In this document: positions 22,461-36,912 of the stretch, piece by piece
Layout: each line of letters opens with the position of its first letter
Position numbering within the stretch: the first letter of the stretch is position 1
From: Xylographa opegraphella
Lineage: Eukaryota
Length of the DNA stretch: 64,000 nucleotides
Direction of reading: 5' to 3'
Assembly (NCBI GenBank): GCA_022813865.1
Contig: JALDZX010000051.1
Coordinates: 1-64,000 of the forward strand
The notes under the pieces: model-generated
The model's input: only the letters and a program-made list of their open reading frames with translations
The model's database searches: none
Told to the model about the DNA's origin: nothing
Program-made: the position numbers and the translations under genes

Positions 22461-24634
22461 CTAGACCGAGCGAGGTTCTAGCCTCTCGATTTGCATCTCT
22501 TGTGCCTTCTCCTGCTCTGCATGTCGAGCCGCAACTCCTACATCCTCGATGTTCTTGAAATCAGCTACCCCGAACAACTCATCCATTCTTTCCAATGAGA
22601 CACCTGGAACGTTTATTAGCTAGTGGTTTCTTTCAATACTCCCTGTCGAAACTGTGGCGTACCTTTGGTTTCCGGGATGAAGAACCACACGAAGAAGAAC
22701 ATGGCAAAACAGAAGGATCCAAATATGAAGTATGTCCCATATCCCGCGTTGCCGACGGTGGTAAGCATCACTGGTGTTGCTCGTGCTACCACAAAGTTGA
22801 AAAGCCACTGGGTAGCGGCCGCGAGGGATACGTTTAATCCACGCAAACGAGCGGTAGGGATCTCGCTCACGTATATCCAGCAAACCGGTCCCCACCCGAA
22901 TTGGAAGAAGACGGCGAACAGATAGACAGCGACGAGCGCGAAGTAGCCAGCCGGAGGTACCGCAGAATCAGTTTTGGGAGGATCAAATCGAACGTCTGCA
23001 CCGCACTGTTAGCCACTATCTCCCAAGCGCATATCTTTCAACTGACAGAAGCCCCTGTGATTTTGATTAGCCCCCATTCACACTCATAAAACCATAAAAA
23101 GCTTACAGGTAGAGCATGCATAGCCCCATGGCTGTAGCTGATCCAAGCAAGCTCTTCTTGCGACCCAGTGAATCCGCAAGGAAAAGGAGAAAAATAGCAC
23201 AGCCAACAACCTTGCATATTCCATAGACACCGGTCGCGAAGAGACTGTTGGCCTTGCCAGTGACCCCCAGGCCGGTGAAAATGGTTGGGGCATAGTAATT
23301 GATCGCGTTAGTCCCTGTCATTTGTTGGCAGATCATGAGGAATATACTGATGAGGGCACGCTTCCTATTGGCGGGAATGGTCCACATCTCTCTCTGGATG
23401 TCCCACCAGCTACTTCCTCCGATCAGAGCTCTCTCCTCTTCTAGTTGTGCCTGCATCTCTTGGAGCTCTGTCTGCACATATGGATGATCGAGAGGTAAGC
23501 TCCTGACCTTGGATAAAACCGCTGAGGCCTGCTCCCAATCGTCTTTCTTTGCCAGGAAGCGGGGAGACTCGTTACAGAAGAACATCCCGATGGAAAGCAG
23601 TATAGCTGGTAGAGCTTGCATTGTTATAGGAACAATCCAGGTGGCATTGCCACTAAGATGTAATAGGGATCCATAATTAATCTGATCAACTGTCAGCATT
23701 TTCGGTCAGACAGCGTCCGTACAGCTTCATACCCAAAACGCTAGCATTGCGCCAGTAGTTTCAAAAAGCTGATACAAGCCCGTGAGAGCTCCACGGATGG
23801 CGCGTGGTGCATTCTCGCTTATGTAAGTCGGGGTTAACATAGTCGCAGCTCCTAACCCAAGACCAGAGATGAACCTTTCAAGGGTCAGCCAAACGTCGAG
23901 ATCGAAGCCGATTTCCGTCATACCGGCCAATGTACATAGCTGCCAGCTTTCCGCTGGATGCTGCTTGAAATATAACGCCAACAATAGTTAAGATTGACAC
24001 TAAGTACAGCCCAGGTTTTCTTCCAACACGGTCCGAGATTGGATTTGCGATCAAAGCTCCGGCAAAGGCTCCAGCCTAACAGTAGCCATTAGACAACGAT
24101 TCACATGTATGTAAGCCCCAAAAATAACTTACTTGCATCACAGAAACAATGTTCGCTGATAAGTTTGCTTTCATATCTGTTAGGTCTTGAACGGAAAGAT
24201 ATTGTGGAAGTCCTTTAGCCTACCCGCATCAGTCGGGGATAGACCAGCAATACCAAACTCACTGCACGAACAGTTAGTACGATAACTCCCAAAGTTATTC
24301 CAGTTATACTGAAACAATAGCAGAAGGTGAAGACTGACGTCGTGAACGCGGGTAGAGTGAGAACTCCCCCCTATCAAAGTACGGTAGTAAGCGACTATTT
24401 ATACAAGTGAAATTCAATTCAAGGAGGATTATCAGACAATAATTCCTATGTCCATCCCAAAAAGCATCCCGCCGAAGCAGGCCTATTGTTGCCGTCAGTC
24501 GTTCATCTTCTCGTAATGCAGTCTGCGAAAGGGCAACATACAGAGCAAGCCAATAGTAGAACATGCCAGCTATAGATCTCCAGAGGGTCTATCTTCATCG
24601 CATCATTGCGAACAATCTTCTGTAGTAGTCCCAT
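22461..24634 (-). CDS. MFS sugar-porter family transporter (quinate permease-like), multi-intron
   Basis: [63 protein letters not shown] and PETKG. Confidence 0.9.
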
Positions 24635-25464
24635 GATTGGCCTATCGACTCGAAGATACAAGCAAAAGATACAGCAACGAAGCAAAGAGTCTTCGAGAAT
24701 CTCGATGAAGAAGCAAGCTCATCCATCATATAACAAAGGCTGCAGCCCACCAACCATCGGCAACATTAAAGACCGTTAGTCTAGTCTAGCTGTTAGAAGC
24801 TCGTGGTAAGTGACCCATCTATGCATCAACTGGGGTTAAAGGCATCGCTTAACCGCTCAACTGCCACGATACTGCGTACAACAGCAACGGATTCATAGCC
24901 AAGCCCAACAGGCTCGGATAAATGCAGCGCTATGGAGAGGACATTTGGTATGAAGGACAGATGCCGGGCGCCAACCACGGTACCGTACATTGATAGACAG
25001 GGTGGAACGATATCGAGTGGATGGAATCTGGGGAAGCGGGCGGTCGCCGTCTGGGGTAACATCGTCTAGTGGCCGGTGCTCGTCGATTTAGCCTAATTTG
25101 CCATGGCCAGAATCCCGCTCAGCTCTTCCTCGGCGTCGTTACTGCTCCTTGAACACTCTTTCCTGAATGGTGGAATAATCTTCGAAGAATAATCCGGGAC
25201 TATTGAACGAATCACCTGACGCTTGCTGTTCAGGATATCGAAATCGTGATGAGCTTGCTACGCCTTCCTTCGATACGCTTGGTACTGCCATACGACCCAA
25301 GGTCAATCTAATGAGGTATGGCAGCCTCGCGACTTCGAGGTGCCAGTGTTTGTACGAAGATTCTCGGAGTTGAATTGAGCATAATCGAAGCTGTAGGAGA
25401 CGACCAACGATCATGAACTCGGAACTCATCGGTTCTATGGATAGTACAGTTCGCGCAATCTGAT

Positions 25465-27390
25465 CTATTGATCGCAAATTATCTCTGCCAGCCATTTTGG
25501 AAGCCTGGGACGCTCATCCCAAGCGACTCTCCAGCTCTGCTGCCAGTTTTCCACACTGGCTGGTACTGCGAAAACACCGGTCACGAACGATCGGTGCTCT
25601 CCCGCTCTCAGATTTGATAGTAATGTGGGAAGAACAGTTCGGCTGTCCACGAGGTTACCGTTTGCATCTGCGTTCAGCACTTTACCGCTCCGTACGCCTT
25701 GACTCGAACTCGAAAGCTCCGCAATGCCGACAGCTCCAGCACGAGAGGCTGCCAATGCTTCATGTTGCCTCTCGTGCCGACCCTCAGCAGATTGTGCCGT
25801 TAGGGTTTCAAGCTCCCGCCCGTCAACCACACGCGTACCGTACATGGCCCATGCGCCTTCCGCTGTCATTAAGTCCCGGCTCGTCTTAATTTGATGCACT
25901 CGGATGTGCCAGTTTGGTCTATCGTCAATTGGTGGTAAAAGGTATGTCTGCACAGACACGTCCGGCCATGGTGCCCATCCAGAAACTAGCACAGGGGAGC
26001 CGTCATGCTCTTCAATCCTAGCATTGATCGCCACTCTGCGTACTTTCCACGTTTCACCGCTGTCCTCGGACAGTGCTAAAGCATTGTCACCGCCGATAGC
26101 TTCCAGAAAGTATCCCCCGGTCGGAACACTGTAGCCAAACGCCGAACTATACGCAAATTTGCCATATTTGCTCTCCGAGGCTCGTACAGGATAGTGACAC
26201 ATTTGACCCGAAGATAGTAGGAAGTTATGACCGCCTTTATGGACCATGATGTGTTTCGGGTGCTTGAGAGCTACCGTGGCTGGTATTGATGCAGTTGGAT
26301 ATGGTTCTTCCTTTGACGTCCAGAACGGATGAGATGCTGGGCAAGCCAATGGAGCGAAACTGAGCATAAACCAGTATGGCGACCCGGGCGAATTATAGTT
26401 TTCTGACATAAATTGATTCGGATAGGTATAGCCAATGGTGAGCGTTCCTTGTGGTGTCAGGATTTCTTTTTGGCGCGTCCACCATCTCAGATTTCGCAAA
26501 AGAAGCCCTTTCACAACACCCCAAGTCAAAGGCGCGGGAAGCTCACAATCTGCAAATGCAACTGCGGCCCAGAAACCAGACATGGCGAACCGGTAAGTCA
26601 AAGATCTTCCGAAGGTGATATTTCGTCCTTGTTCGTCAGAATAATGTATGAAATCAAGTGCGTACTTCCTGGCCCGCTCTTTGTACAGCTCCGACCGTTT
26701 GGGGTCTATGTCTTTGGCGAGCTTTGAATAGAGTAACTGCAGATATTGTATAGCATAAGACCCGGAATAGTAGTCCATCTGGGTATAACCCTCTGGCCCG
26801 TCGTTCGACCATCCGTCCCCCCGGTAAAATGTGTCGAGTTGCTCGATGTCGGCCTCCAGTCGTTCTTTGGAGTGTGGAGCACCATTCTTCATCAGTCCGA
26901 GATTGGCAAAAACACGGAACCAAAGCCAGTTAGTAGCTGGCATCGCCTTGTCGTTTATATAGCCCAGCCACGCCGCAACATTTCCCTTCTCCTTCTCCGT
27001 GAGCGGATCCCAGAATTTGTGGGGTGCGATGGCGAGGTTGTACCCAATGGGGCACATCTCGACCATCCTCTGATCCGAGTCTCTTGCTAAGCCCCAGTAC
27101 TCCGGATGGTCTGGATTGGTGCCATTGCGGAGGCCTTCCACAAAGTCTTCCGTGCCTTCATATTCTGCCCCTCCAGCAAGCAGAGCTGCCAAGCCCCAGA
27201 GAGGGCGAGCATATCCCTCGATTTGCGCACCTATTTCATCGTAGCGTGTTGCCGTGTTGCCCAATTTGACACAAGTTTTACCTGGAGAGAAGAAAGGCTT
27301 CAAGGGTTCTAAGAGAGATATACATGCTTGCTGGAAGTCTTCACGAGTACACAATGGTGAATTCAGGGACGTGAAGAATGTTGGAGCCAT
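25465..27390 (-). CDS. DUF2264-family protein (putative glycoside hydrolase, GH154-like), intronless
   Basis: [69 protein letters not shown] and [12 protein letters not shown]. Confidence 0.85.
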   Translation of the reverse strand: MAPTFFTSLNSPLCTREDFQQACISLLEPLKPFFSPGKTCVKLGNTATRYDEIGAQIEGYARPLWGLAALLAGGAEYEGTEDFVEGLRNGTNPDHPEYWGLARDSDQRMVEMCPIGYNLAIAPHKFWDPLTEKEKGNVAAWLGYINDKAMPATNWLWFRVFANLGLMKNGAPHSKERLEADIEQLDTFYRGDGWSNDGPEGYTQMDYYSGSYAIQYLQLLYSKLAKDIDPKRSELYKERARKYALDFIHYSDEQGRNITFGRSLTYRFAMSGFWAAVAFADCELPAPLTWGVVKGLLLRNLRWWTRQKEILTPQGTLTIGYTYPNQFMSENYNSPGSPYWFMLSFAPLACPASHPFWTSKEEPYPTASIPATVALKHPKHIMVHKGGHNFLLSSGQMCHYPVRASESKYGKFAYSSAFGYSVPTGGYFLEAIGGDNALALSEDSGETWKVRRVAINARIEEHDGSPVLVSGWAPWPDVSVQTYLLPPIDDRPNWHIRVHQIKTSRDLMTAEGAWAMYGTRVVDGRELETLTAQSAEGRHERQHEALAASRAGAVGIAELSSSSQGVRSGKVLNADANGNLVDSRTVLPTLLSNLRAGEHRSFVTGVFAVPASVENWQQSWRVAWDERPRLPKWLAEIICDQ

Positions 27391-27805
27391 CAAGTTTAGA
27401 ACATGTCAGACGAAACAGTCTAGAAAGCTGGGGAATGTGTACTTGATATAAATATTGAGCGTCCCCATAATTGATTTATTTAGCCGTCATGCGACATATG
27501 GCATGGTATTTTGTCGAGGGGAAACGTGGGGCCAGAAGAATAAGGCTGAGAGCGACCCAAGATCGTCGAAGTCAAGCTACGAAACGTGCAAAGCTTGAAC
27601 ACAGCACTGTCCGCGCTCGTGAGGGCTTAACAGTCAGATGAGGCTTATGAAACATTCACTTCAATATAAAAGACGCATGCATAAGAACGATCCGCAGTCA
27701 CCCGATGACGTTGACCTTCGAAGCTAACCCTATGTGGACATGTGGAAGTTGTTTACAAGCTGTCTATTGGAATTGAAATACCACTGGCATGGAATGCAGG
27801 ACTGC

Positions 27806-29451
27806 TCATAGATATAGCCCTTGCGGTTCACTGTCCTGCTTTGTCTTCCTGTTGGGTCATGAATCAGCGTTTCAACTCATAAGTACAGAGGCAAGTTCCG
27901 AGAACACGTACATCACTCTCTCACGGGCGGCCCTAAAGTCTGCCATTTGAACCCTCATACGTCGCTCCCGTAGTGCCATCAGTCCGGCTTCAGAGCATAT
28001 AGCTTTGATATCAGCTCCAGAAAGGTCGTCTTTCTGGTTGATAAACTCATCCAGATCGACATCATCATTCAAGGACATCTTCGAGGTGTGCAAAGTGAAG
28101 ATCTTGCGCTTGGTGTTTTCTAGGAACATCATTAGCATGGATGCGAAGCATGTTGCTGAATAAACTGACGATCGGGGTTTTCAAACAAGATCTTTCGATC
28201 AATCCTTCCAGGTCTTATGAGCGCAGGGTCGAGTGTCTCAATCTTATTAGTAGCCATAATTACTTTGACGTCTCCACGATCATCAAAGCCGTCCAGTTGA
28301 TTGAGGAGCTCCAACATGGTCCTCTGTACTTCTCGTTCTCCTCCAGAGGTGGACTCGTAACGCTTCGTACCAATGGCATCAATCTCATCGATGAAGACAA
28401 TCGAGGGAGCATGCTCCGCGGCTACTTGAAAGATCTGTCGAACTAAGCGGGGCCCATCTCCTAGATATTTCTGGATCAGCTCACTACCAACGATCCGTAG
28501 AAAGGTAGCGCTGGTCTGGTTTGCAACAGCTTTGGCCAATAGTGTCTTCCCTGTACCAGGCCCACCGTAGAGTATGACGCCTTTTGGTGGTTTGATACCC
28601 ATCTCCTCATAGAGCTCGGGATGTAGCAGTGGTAATTCCACAGCTTCACGAACCTCCTGTATCTGCGATTCTAGCCCACCAATATCGGCGTAGGATTCGG
28701 TTGGCGCCTTATCTAGCTTCATGACGGAGACCAAGGGATCTGCATCATCCGTCAGGACACCGACGACCGACACAGACTTGTGGTGGAGAAGTATGCTGGC
28801 TCCAGGTTCAAGGAGATCCTTGTCTACAAAAGACATGATAGACACGTAGAACTCTGGGCCAGTAGCGCTTGACACGATAGCATGATCGTCGTCAATCATT
28901 TCTTCCAGATTCCCGACTCCCATCGGACTGCCTCTCATGTCGTCAACTCGGCTTCTCTCATCAGCATTTCGGTCGAGAGCATCAGAGTCACCACCTGCAG
29001 ATGCCGGGGTAATGTTCTTCTGCGCTTTGGCTTTGCGAATCCGTTCTTGATTTTCAACGTATTCTTCCTCAAGTAGGAGGTGGTCGTGAACACGTTGCAT
29101 TCGAAGATATTTCAGTTTGCATCTTGAAGTCGGATAGATGGTAGGTAGTTTCGAGGAAGCGTTCGTACCAGCAGCTCTACGCTTCTTGCGGCCGATACGG
29201 GTGGTTGGCTGTGGAGGCGGCTCATATTTGGGCTTTTCCTTCTAAGTAGATTCAGGTTAGCCAGACTATTCCGTGTGGCGCATAACCAATAAAGACAGAA
29301 ATATAGACAATACACGAGATACCTTTTTGTCCTTGTCATCTTTCCCATCTCCTCCAGGTGGATTACCACCCATGCTTGACGTGTTGTTCCCCTGTGATCA
29401 TGTTGTTAGCACAGTCAGAACTCCGATGTAGGAGTAGTTTGAACAAACCAT
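27806..29451 (-). CDS. RPT2: 26S proteasome AAA ATPase Rpt2, multi-intron
   Basis: [63 protein letters not shown] and C-terminal ...EPQGLYL. Confidence 0.97.
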
Positions 29452-30039
29452 GACTTGAGATCAAGGTGAGATTATTATCCTGTGCAACAACTCCCTGCTT
29501 TTGTAAAACGATGAGTTGGAGAGAGATCCTATGATGACGATGTACGAAGTAGATGGCTCTGGGATGAGCAAGCAGAGAACGAACGCGAGAGCTTTCGGCT
29601 CGCTCGAAAGTCCGTGCTCGTCATTGGCCAGAATATTCTCACCGCCTTTATCCCGCTAAGGCTTACAGGGCTGGTTCTGCCGCTGTGCTGTCGTCGACGA
29701 ACTTCGTGCTTCGGAGGACGAACAAGCGCCTTCTCACATTTAACACCCATCAAGACAACTCTTGCTCACCGAGATTCTACGGATGAGGCTTCTCCAACGA
29801 GCTAGATATTCTCCCAGATTACCGGTACTCTCCAATCATCGCCACTTCATACAAAGTCTTGAGAAGGCATCGTCCACGCTCATTTCAAGCCGCAAGCCGC
29901 TTTCGAGGCTGACCTACACTTCGAACATCTAGCCTCGGAACTCGTTACTCTCATCCACTCTTAACACGATTTCACACACCTTCTATCCGTCCAACGCACC
30001 CATAGTACCTCGTTTCCAGATTCTCCAGCTTTCAAGATC

Positions 30040-30894
30040 ATGTCTTCTAATCGAGCCCGCCGAGTTGCCAAAGAACTGGCGGATATCCATACTGATACCT
30101 TTTCGAACATTTCCGCTGAACCCGTAGATGCGGGGGACAATCTTATGCACTTGAAAGGCTCCTTCAAAGGACCTCCGGGGACACCCTACGAAGGAGGAAC
30201 ATACAAGATCGACATCCGAATACCTGGAGAATACCCTTTTCGACCACCACAGATGAAATTCGATACCAAAGTTTGGCACCCAAATGTCAGCAGTCAAACC
30301 GTGAGTACTGTCCTACGATGTCCAATACTGTCTGTCATGAATGGTCTAAGATTTGATCAAGGGTGCTATATGTCTTGACACTCTTTCCTCGGCCTGGTCT
30401 CCGGTCCTGACCATCAAATCTGCTCTTTTGTCACTCCAGTCGCTGCTGAGCACTCCAGAACCAAAAGACCCCCAGGATGCCGAGGTCGCGGGAATGCTCA
30501 TGCGGAATCCCAAAGAATTCGATCGAGTCGCTGCCGAATGGGCAGTCAAATACGCTGGGGCGCCGAGGAGAGAACGCGGAGAGGCGAGTGGAGGGGCAAC
30601 GTCAGAGACACCGAAAAAAAGGCAGAAGAAATCGAAGGAGGAGGAGGAGGCTGAGAGACTAGCACAGTAGGTTGTGCAATTTGACAGGAGACTTCGTTGC
30701 TGACTTTCACGCTCTGCAGGTATGGTGGATACAGTCCGGAAATGATTGATGGTTTCGTTCATATGGGTTTCGACCTTGACCGAGTGGTAGCCGCCTTCGA
30801 CTTCGTCGGCATAGACCCAAACGGGGGAGAGGCATACGAACTCGAAGAAGCATACATTGGCGACATTACGGCAAGGCTTCTCGGCGAGCCATGA
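30040..30894 (+). CDS. UBC1: Ubiquitin-conjugating enzyme E2 Ubc1/E2-25K with C-terminal UBA-like domain; two introns
   Basis: GPPGTPYEGG, YPFRPP, WHPNVSSQTGAICLDTL, PEPKDPQDAEVA and MGFDLDRVVAAF. Confidence 0.95.
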
Positions 30895-33507
30895 TCAACT
30901 ATGAGAACATCGTTCTCGACTTTGCTCGGCATTTTAGCGCCTGGAACGAGGTGGGCATGGCGTTTCGGTACCACAACATGCCATGATGGTACTAATGAAT
31001 ACTCCCATGCTGGGCGCTTTCTTCTAATTCTTGAGCTACTTTCACTTCTAGTTCAACGACAAATCTCTTTAAACTACGGATTACAAGTGAGGAAACCTAG
31101 ATCCGTAACTTCTCTTCTTGTACAGTCCTATACCTCGGAGTCCAAGACAAGTAGGGTGAACAGGCTATGCTTTCTTCCCGCTAGCATATGCGGTTCCACT
31201 TGCTAAAGTAATGTTTTGCTCTTTTGCATCAAAAATCGAGTCCTTGAATTTGATCGAGCCATCGAAGGCGTTTATTGCCCACTGGCATAGATACCAATCT
31301 ATCCAATGCGATCGTTTACCACAGTTCTACATACTATCAGATCCTGATATCTCCGCACGCACAATTTGTAAAGCCTTATGTAGCTACCTATGCTGTTCGA
31401 GGGCTCTTGCATTTCCTGCCTATAGTGCATAGCGTATTGACGGATTCTTTAATCCTCTTCTTACTTCTTTTGTGCGGACACGTCTTTCTTGTTATATTCG
31501 TTTTCTTGAGTAAAGGATAATTTGAACTCTATATATGGCTCGTGTGTGCGCTCTTGTGTATAAGCAAGTTCGTAGTGGGCATCAATGATTCGCGCAGGGA
31601 ACAACGATATCTTCGATTCTGAACATATGACAAAAAGAAAGCTGGCACCGAAGTTGTCTCAGGGGCTCAGCACGCTATTCGATGCACCTGGAGGACCCAA
31701 TATCGCCGCACAGACACGAGTGAACAAAAAGTCTCGGTATTGAAGAGCGCAGTTCGCTTAAGGTTGTACCAAATTATCTGCTACATTTTATTTCAAACCG
31801 AGTATACGGCTGATGAAAGATTTTTTAAAGTGCAGCCAGGTTCCAACCTGTTGACAAAATACCCAACATGGACTATGTTGTGGAAAAAGCTACTGCCGAA
31901 TTGGTTGTGATTGAACGAGCCGCATGGCTCAAAGTGGTTCAAACGAAGGCCGAGGATGTCGAATGCCTTGATGTATTTGATTTTACCCTAGAAAGCGCTC
32001 TGGTCACCGAAAGAACAGCTGTTCCCAGGTTCGACGGTATGAACACCATGGAAAGAGCGGGCAGTAGCCCGGTGTTGATTAGACCACGTGGCTGCATCGA
32101 CTTCTGTATCCATTCCACCCAAGCCTGGGTGTGCTGGTATGATCCAGGATTCTAGGTATATGTTGCGAAACTTGATGGAAGAGCAACAACGAAACTGAGT
32201 GAGTGGTTAGGAACTACTCGTTCGATAGTAGAAATCGATGGATCCCTATCTTCGTGACTTTCTTCAGTCTGGAGGTGCCGGTATGAACCTCAACTCAAGG
32301 AAATGCCATCTCCGTGATCATTATTGGTCACTGCTGCAACATTAGTATCTCAATTGTGGCCTTGGCCTAACCCTCCGGAACGAATGGGTACCTCCAAACT
32401 GTAGCCGAGTTGCCTTCGTTGGGATATTTGGCTGAACGGTAATGGTGAAGGTTATGCCAACAGCCGGTGCTCACGGCAGTTATAGGGAAAGAGTGTACAC
32501 GTTTGCCTGATTGGTACATCAATCCATTTTACGATCATGGAGACTACGCCAGACATCGAAATGGAATTCAACAATCAACATCATGTAGTTACTGAGAAGA
32601 GTCGACAAGGGAAAGCTATTGAATTGCTTACGGTCACAATCCAGTATCATGCTGGCAGCAATATAGCGGTGGATACTGACATCTCGGAAGATGAAAAATC
32701 ACGCGTGGAATTAGGGAAGGGTGGTTTGCTATTCCAGCTACTCTGTCCACGCCCCCCCAATGACGATAAAACAACAGATGATGATCCACAACTGATAGAT
32801 AGGCTGTGTTAATACAGCTGTCATGTGTTATACTGTGGATGTGTATCGGGAAGGCACGTCGAGTGTCAACTAAGAAGTTTTATTGATACTCCACAACACG
32901 CTGCGTTGCTAATTGATTGTTCATCGACGGTGAATACCACATATTATTCAGAAGCTATTCAGAAGCATTCATTAACACTTCGCCACGACCAGTCGACTTA
33001 AGAGTAAACAAATTTTCTCAATCACTTCTTCCTTCCGCACATTCACAAACTTCTGAATCTCCACAGCCCTAAATCACATTCCACCCCGTCCAATCTCCAG
33101 TTACTGAATATCTTCACTACCCAGTACTGCCTGATAGTTAAACCGAACTTTAGAGCAGAAATACTTATCATTCATCATAAAGCTGATCAAGTCGAAGCAT
33201 TTGAGGCAGAATCAAGGTTCGAAAATCACGGCCTATGAAGAGGTAAGCAAAAAACCTTACTCCCCAGGGTCATACTTTATGTCGTTATCTTATTTTACTG
33301 ACTCCAAAACAGTTCCAGAAAGTTGGAAGGTTGAGACGCCTTGGGAACTTGGTGAAAGGTACTAAAAGGTACTTTCACAAACATAACATCGAACACGATA
33401 AGGTAAGAGTTCGTTCTCGCAGTAGTACATCAGTGCTCATTGCTAAAAATACGTAGTGTGAGTCCAAGGAAGTCGGAATACTTGAGCAGAATCGAATTGA
33501 GACCTCC

Positions 33508-35945
33508 TTGACCGATAATACAAACACGCCAGAGTCTGACACTGAGAACCAGGAGGACCAGCATAGCGTTGATGTTCCTCTTACGCCAGATGTTCCGTCC
33601 CAGTCATTCGATGCCATAAACTCTCGTAGCTGTGTCGACAACTCTTCTCTGGATACTGCGGCGGAGTGTTGTATAACCACGGCGAATATATATGAAAAGA
33701 AAGACCCTTTGCAGGCTGGGTTGAAATCTCAGGCACAACCTGTTCGAAGTCAAGCCTCATACACTGTAAGCTTATCACTCTGTAACTTTTTAGAATTTCA
33801 AAATTGATGAAGTTTGTTAGGAATCGACTGTCCCCACTCCTGTCAGTGCGGCGCTACTCCGTTCTTCTGTGCAGAACTCTGCTACTTCTAGCACTTGTGT
33901 CGATGTGTCCGATCATGCTCGCCAGGCCTCAACATCCAGTACTTTGCCCATATCGCTGAAAAACCATACCAGTGAGCCTTTACTTCGAGATAGATATGTC
34001 GGATCGTCACAGCCTCGCAACGACCTTGGACCACTCGAGTTGCTGCTACAAGAGTTCAAAGAAATACATTCAGAAAATAGATGGAACTATTTACTTGATT
34101 CACGGAGAACTCAGCATGCAAATGAAATAGCAGAACTACGCGACAATCACGAAGATGAGCTCAAGTACCTTCATGCGGACTTGGAAAGGGCGAATAAACA
34201 AAAAAGCTATCTGGAGGCACGAATCAAGAAAGAAATTCAGAAGAATTCAGCAGTCACAGAGGAATTAAAAGTCCTGCGGGAGAAACATAAGGCAGATTGT
34301 ACCCGATTCGAAGCACAGATCCATGAATTAACCCAACGTAACCTTGAAATTATCACTATTGTCAGCAACATGGCAGCAGACGAGACAACGTATAAAGAAG
34401 AGCTGAGAAATAAGAACAATGAAGTTGACCGGGTCAAGAATTACCTTCAAGGGGTTTTAATTAAATCGAAGGAGGAGATGGATCATACCGCAATAAAGAT
34501 CCAGAACTTACACTATGCCCTGGAAGGCACACCTATGGCAGAGGATGTGGATGTGAAAGGCCACCTCGAACTCAAAAAGCAACAGGTCCAGAAACTTTCA
34601 GATCAAGTCGTTGAACTCTCAGGCGAGCTTCAACAAGCCGAGGCCGAGATTGCCAGCCAACAATTGAAAGCGGACAGAGAGGTCGAGAAGTCTATGCAAA
34701 TCACCAAGCATAGCCAAGATGTCGAGACTCATCTCAGGAGTCTTCTGGAGATCGCGGAGAGCAACAAAAATGAACATCTCACCTTGCTAAAACTCAGATG
34801 GTGCAGTTCCCGAGGATGTTCGCTTGCAAGCTGCGAACAAAGTCTTAGCGACTATCGGTAAGGAGATGATTTTACTCATCATTGACAAGGCACAGTCAGA
34901 TTGGGCACGAGCAGCGGCAGAAGATGCCCGACTTGCTTTGGAGTTCCTCCTCCGAGACTTGCGCGTTGAATTCGAGAAGAAAGAAAAGGAAATCGAAGAG
35001 CTTAAAATTCTGAATGGAGGGTTGAATGGGGACAAAGACTTTTTAGACTCGGAATTGAGTATTCTTAACAACGAAAAGAGCCAAGAGATTCGGGACAGGG
35101 AACAGACAATCATAAATCATCAAGATGTAATCCAAGCTCTGCAACAGCATATAGACAACCTTGGAGGATTTGGAGCCGACGAACGGACAGCGTGGGTGTG
35201 GAATGCAAAGCTTGCAGAGATTTATTATCTGAAAGAGTCGTTGAAGCAGGCACAGTTGGTAATTCGGGAACATGAGCAACGCCGGCACGAGAGACAATGC
35301 ATCGAGGCTCTGGATGCATGCTTGGCGAGCAACTATGACCAAGTGACATACCAGCAAGCTGAACAACTCAATATAGCCACCGAAGAGTGTGCTAGACTTC
35401 GTGTCATCATCCAGGAGCTCATCGAAGCCGAGGAGGCTCATATCTGTGGGGCGACTGTGCGCGTATCTGAGACTGGGTGCGAATCCGAGACTGGTCGCGA
35501 ATCTGAGACTGGGCGTGAGTCTGAAGCTGAGCAAGGACTGCGCAGTAGCGACACCAAGGTCTATAATAGGTTCAATGTCGAAGCAGACTCGGTATCGGAG
35601 GTTCCGCCAGCAGCAGGCCAAGTCTCCGGAAATCATGGCTTCGATAATTGGAGTAAATTGGAGGACTTTTTCCGCGCGGTGGCTGACAATCTGAGCACCG
35701 ATTCTGCTTTGTTGAATGTCATCGCCGATTATGAAGCAAAAATACAGCGGCTTCGGCACTTGGTTGCAACTCATACCTCAACGAATGATCAGTCTACAGA
35801 GATGATACAGACCGATGACAGGACTGTACGAAAGGTTCGCGGAGAAAGCAACCTCTTCGCTATCTATCAAAAGACGGCCGCAAAGGGCAAAAGCAGGGCC
35901 GAAGATTTAGCTATTAACAGTAGATATGAGTTGTCAGACCACTGA
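33508..35945 (+). CDS. Lineage-specific coiled-coil protein with an apparent frameshift near 34790 (possible pseudogene)
   Basis: Two overlapping E/K/L-rich ORFs (33869-34861 and 34824-35945), a probable intron about 33767-33820, and no recognisable domain. The start is uncertain. Confidence 0.5.
35466..35531 (+). repeat. 18-bp coding minisatellite (SETGxE x3 plus a partial unit)
   Basis: tctgagactgggtgcgaa tccgagactggtcgcgaa tctgagactgggcgtgag tctgaagctgag. Confidence 0.85.
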
Positions 35946-36912
35946 TGAAGCCATCGTGGAGGACTGAAGCGTGGGTGAGGAGCATTTGGTGGAGAATAAG
36001 AAGATATAGGTCAATACGATACCGCACGAATAGCTGGACGATGTGCCGATGTGCTCGATCGGTGGAAGGAATTTGACATCTGAGGCCCTGGGCTGCTCAC
36101 GATTTCTGCTCCACGTGCCATGCAGATGATCTACCATGACCACGCCGAAGCATAGAGCTGAGTGACTGTATACTTAAGCATGAGAGGAGTTTCGAATTTT
36201 CGAGTTGGGTGTTCAGGCGAGTTTGCTGGCTATGGTTTGGTCTCGGGAGTTATATATGTACTTATGATTCTCTTTCATGCCTGCTTCGTTGGCACAGGCA
36301 AGGAGTATTGCAAGCATGAAACAAGACTGACTATAGAGCACGAACAGCGCGGCTTGTGTTAGTCTCTTGTTCAGTCGATTCTGCGGTGTGTACTCCGTAT
36401 TTAGCTTTGATAACCGAATTGAGTTGTATCCATGAATTCAAAGTAAAAGAATGAGCTCATTGTAGTGTGTAAGCGGCTGAAGTTAATCATTAAGTACTCC
36501 ATCTGATATTGATTAACAAACAATCGGTATTACGGGCTGATGATCGTGTTTGGCTCACAGCATATATCATCCTATGAAATAGCCAACTGCTTCAGCACAC
36601 CAACTGATTGTGTTTGATCGTACTCCGTTTCGTCACCGGGTGACCAGGATATATCCTATCAACAACCAACTTTGATGTAAGGCGCTAATCGACGTCACTT
36701 TTCATAGCAACGTGCTCAATTGAACGAAAAACCAGTTTCACCAGCAAATCTTCAGACATCATTAGTTTAGCTTCCACGATCGTCCCATGGACTCCTCTGG
36801 CCCCTTCCCACTCTTTCTCGTTCCTTGGTACAGGTACAGCCCCACTTGCGCCACACCTTGTCAAAACTGAACGCCCGCGTCTCTCGTCGATTGCTGCTGC
36901 CCCATCTTCAAG

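Noticed and set aside
31200..33400. Short ORFs 31868-32155 and 32537-32812 and a possible decayed minus-strand gene
   Set aside because: No recognisable homology and no coherent exon model.
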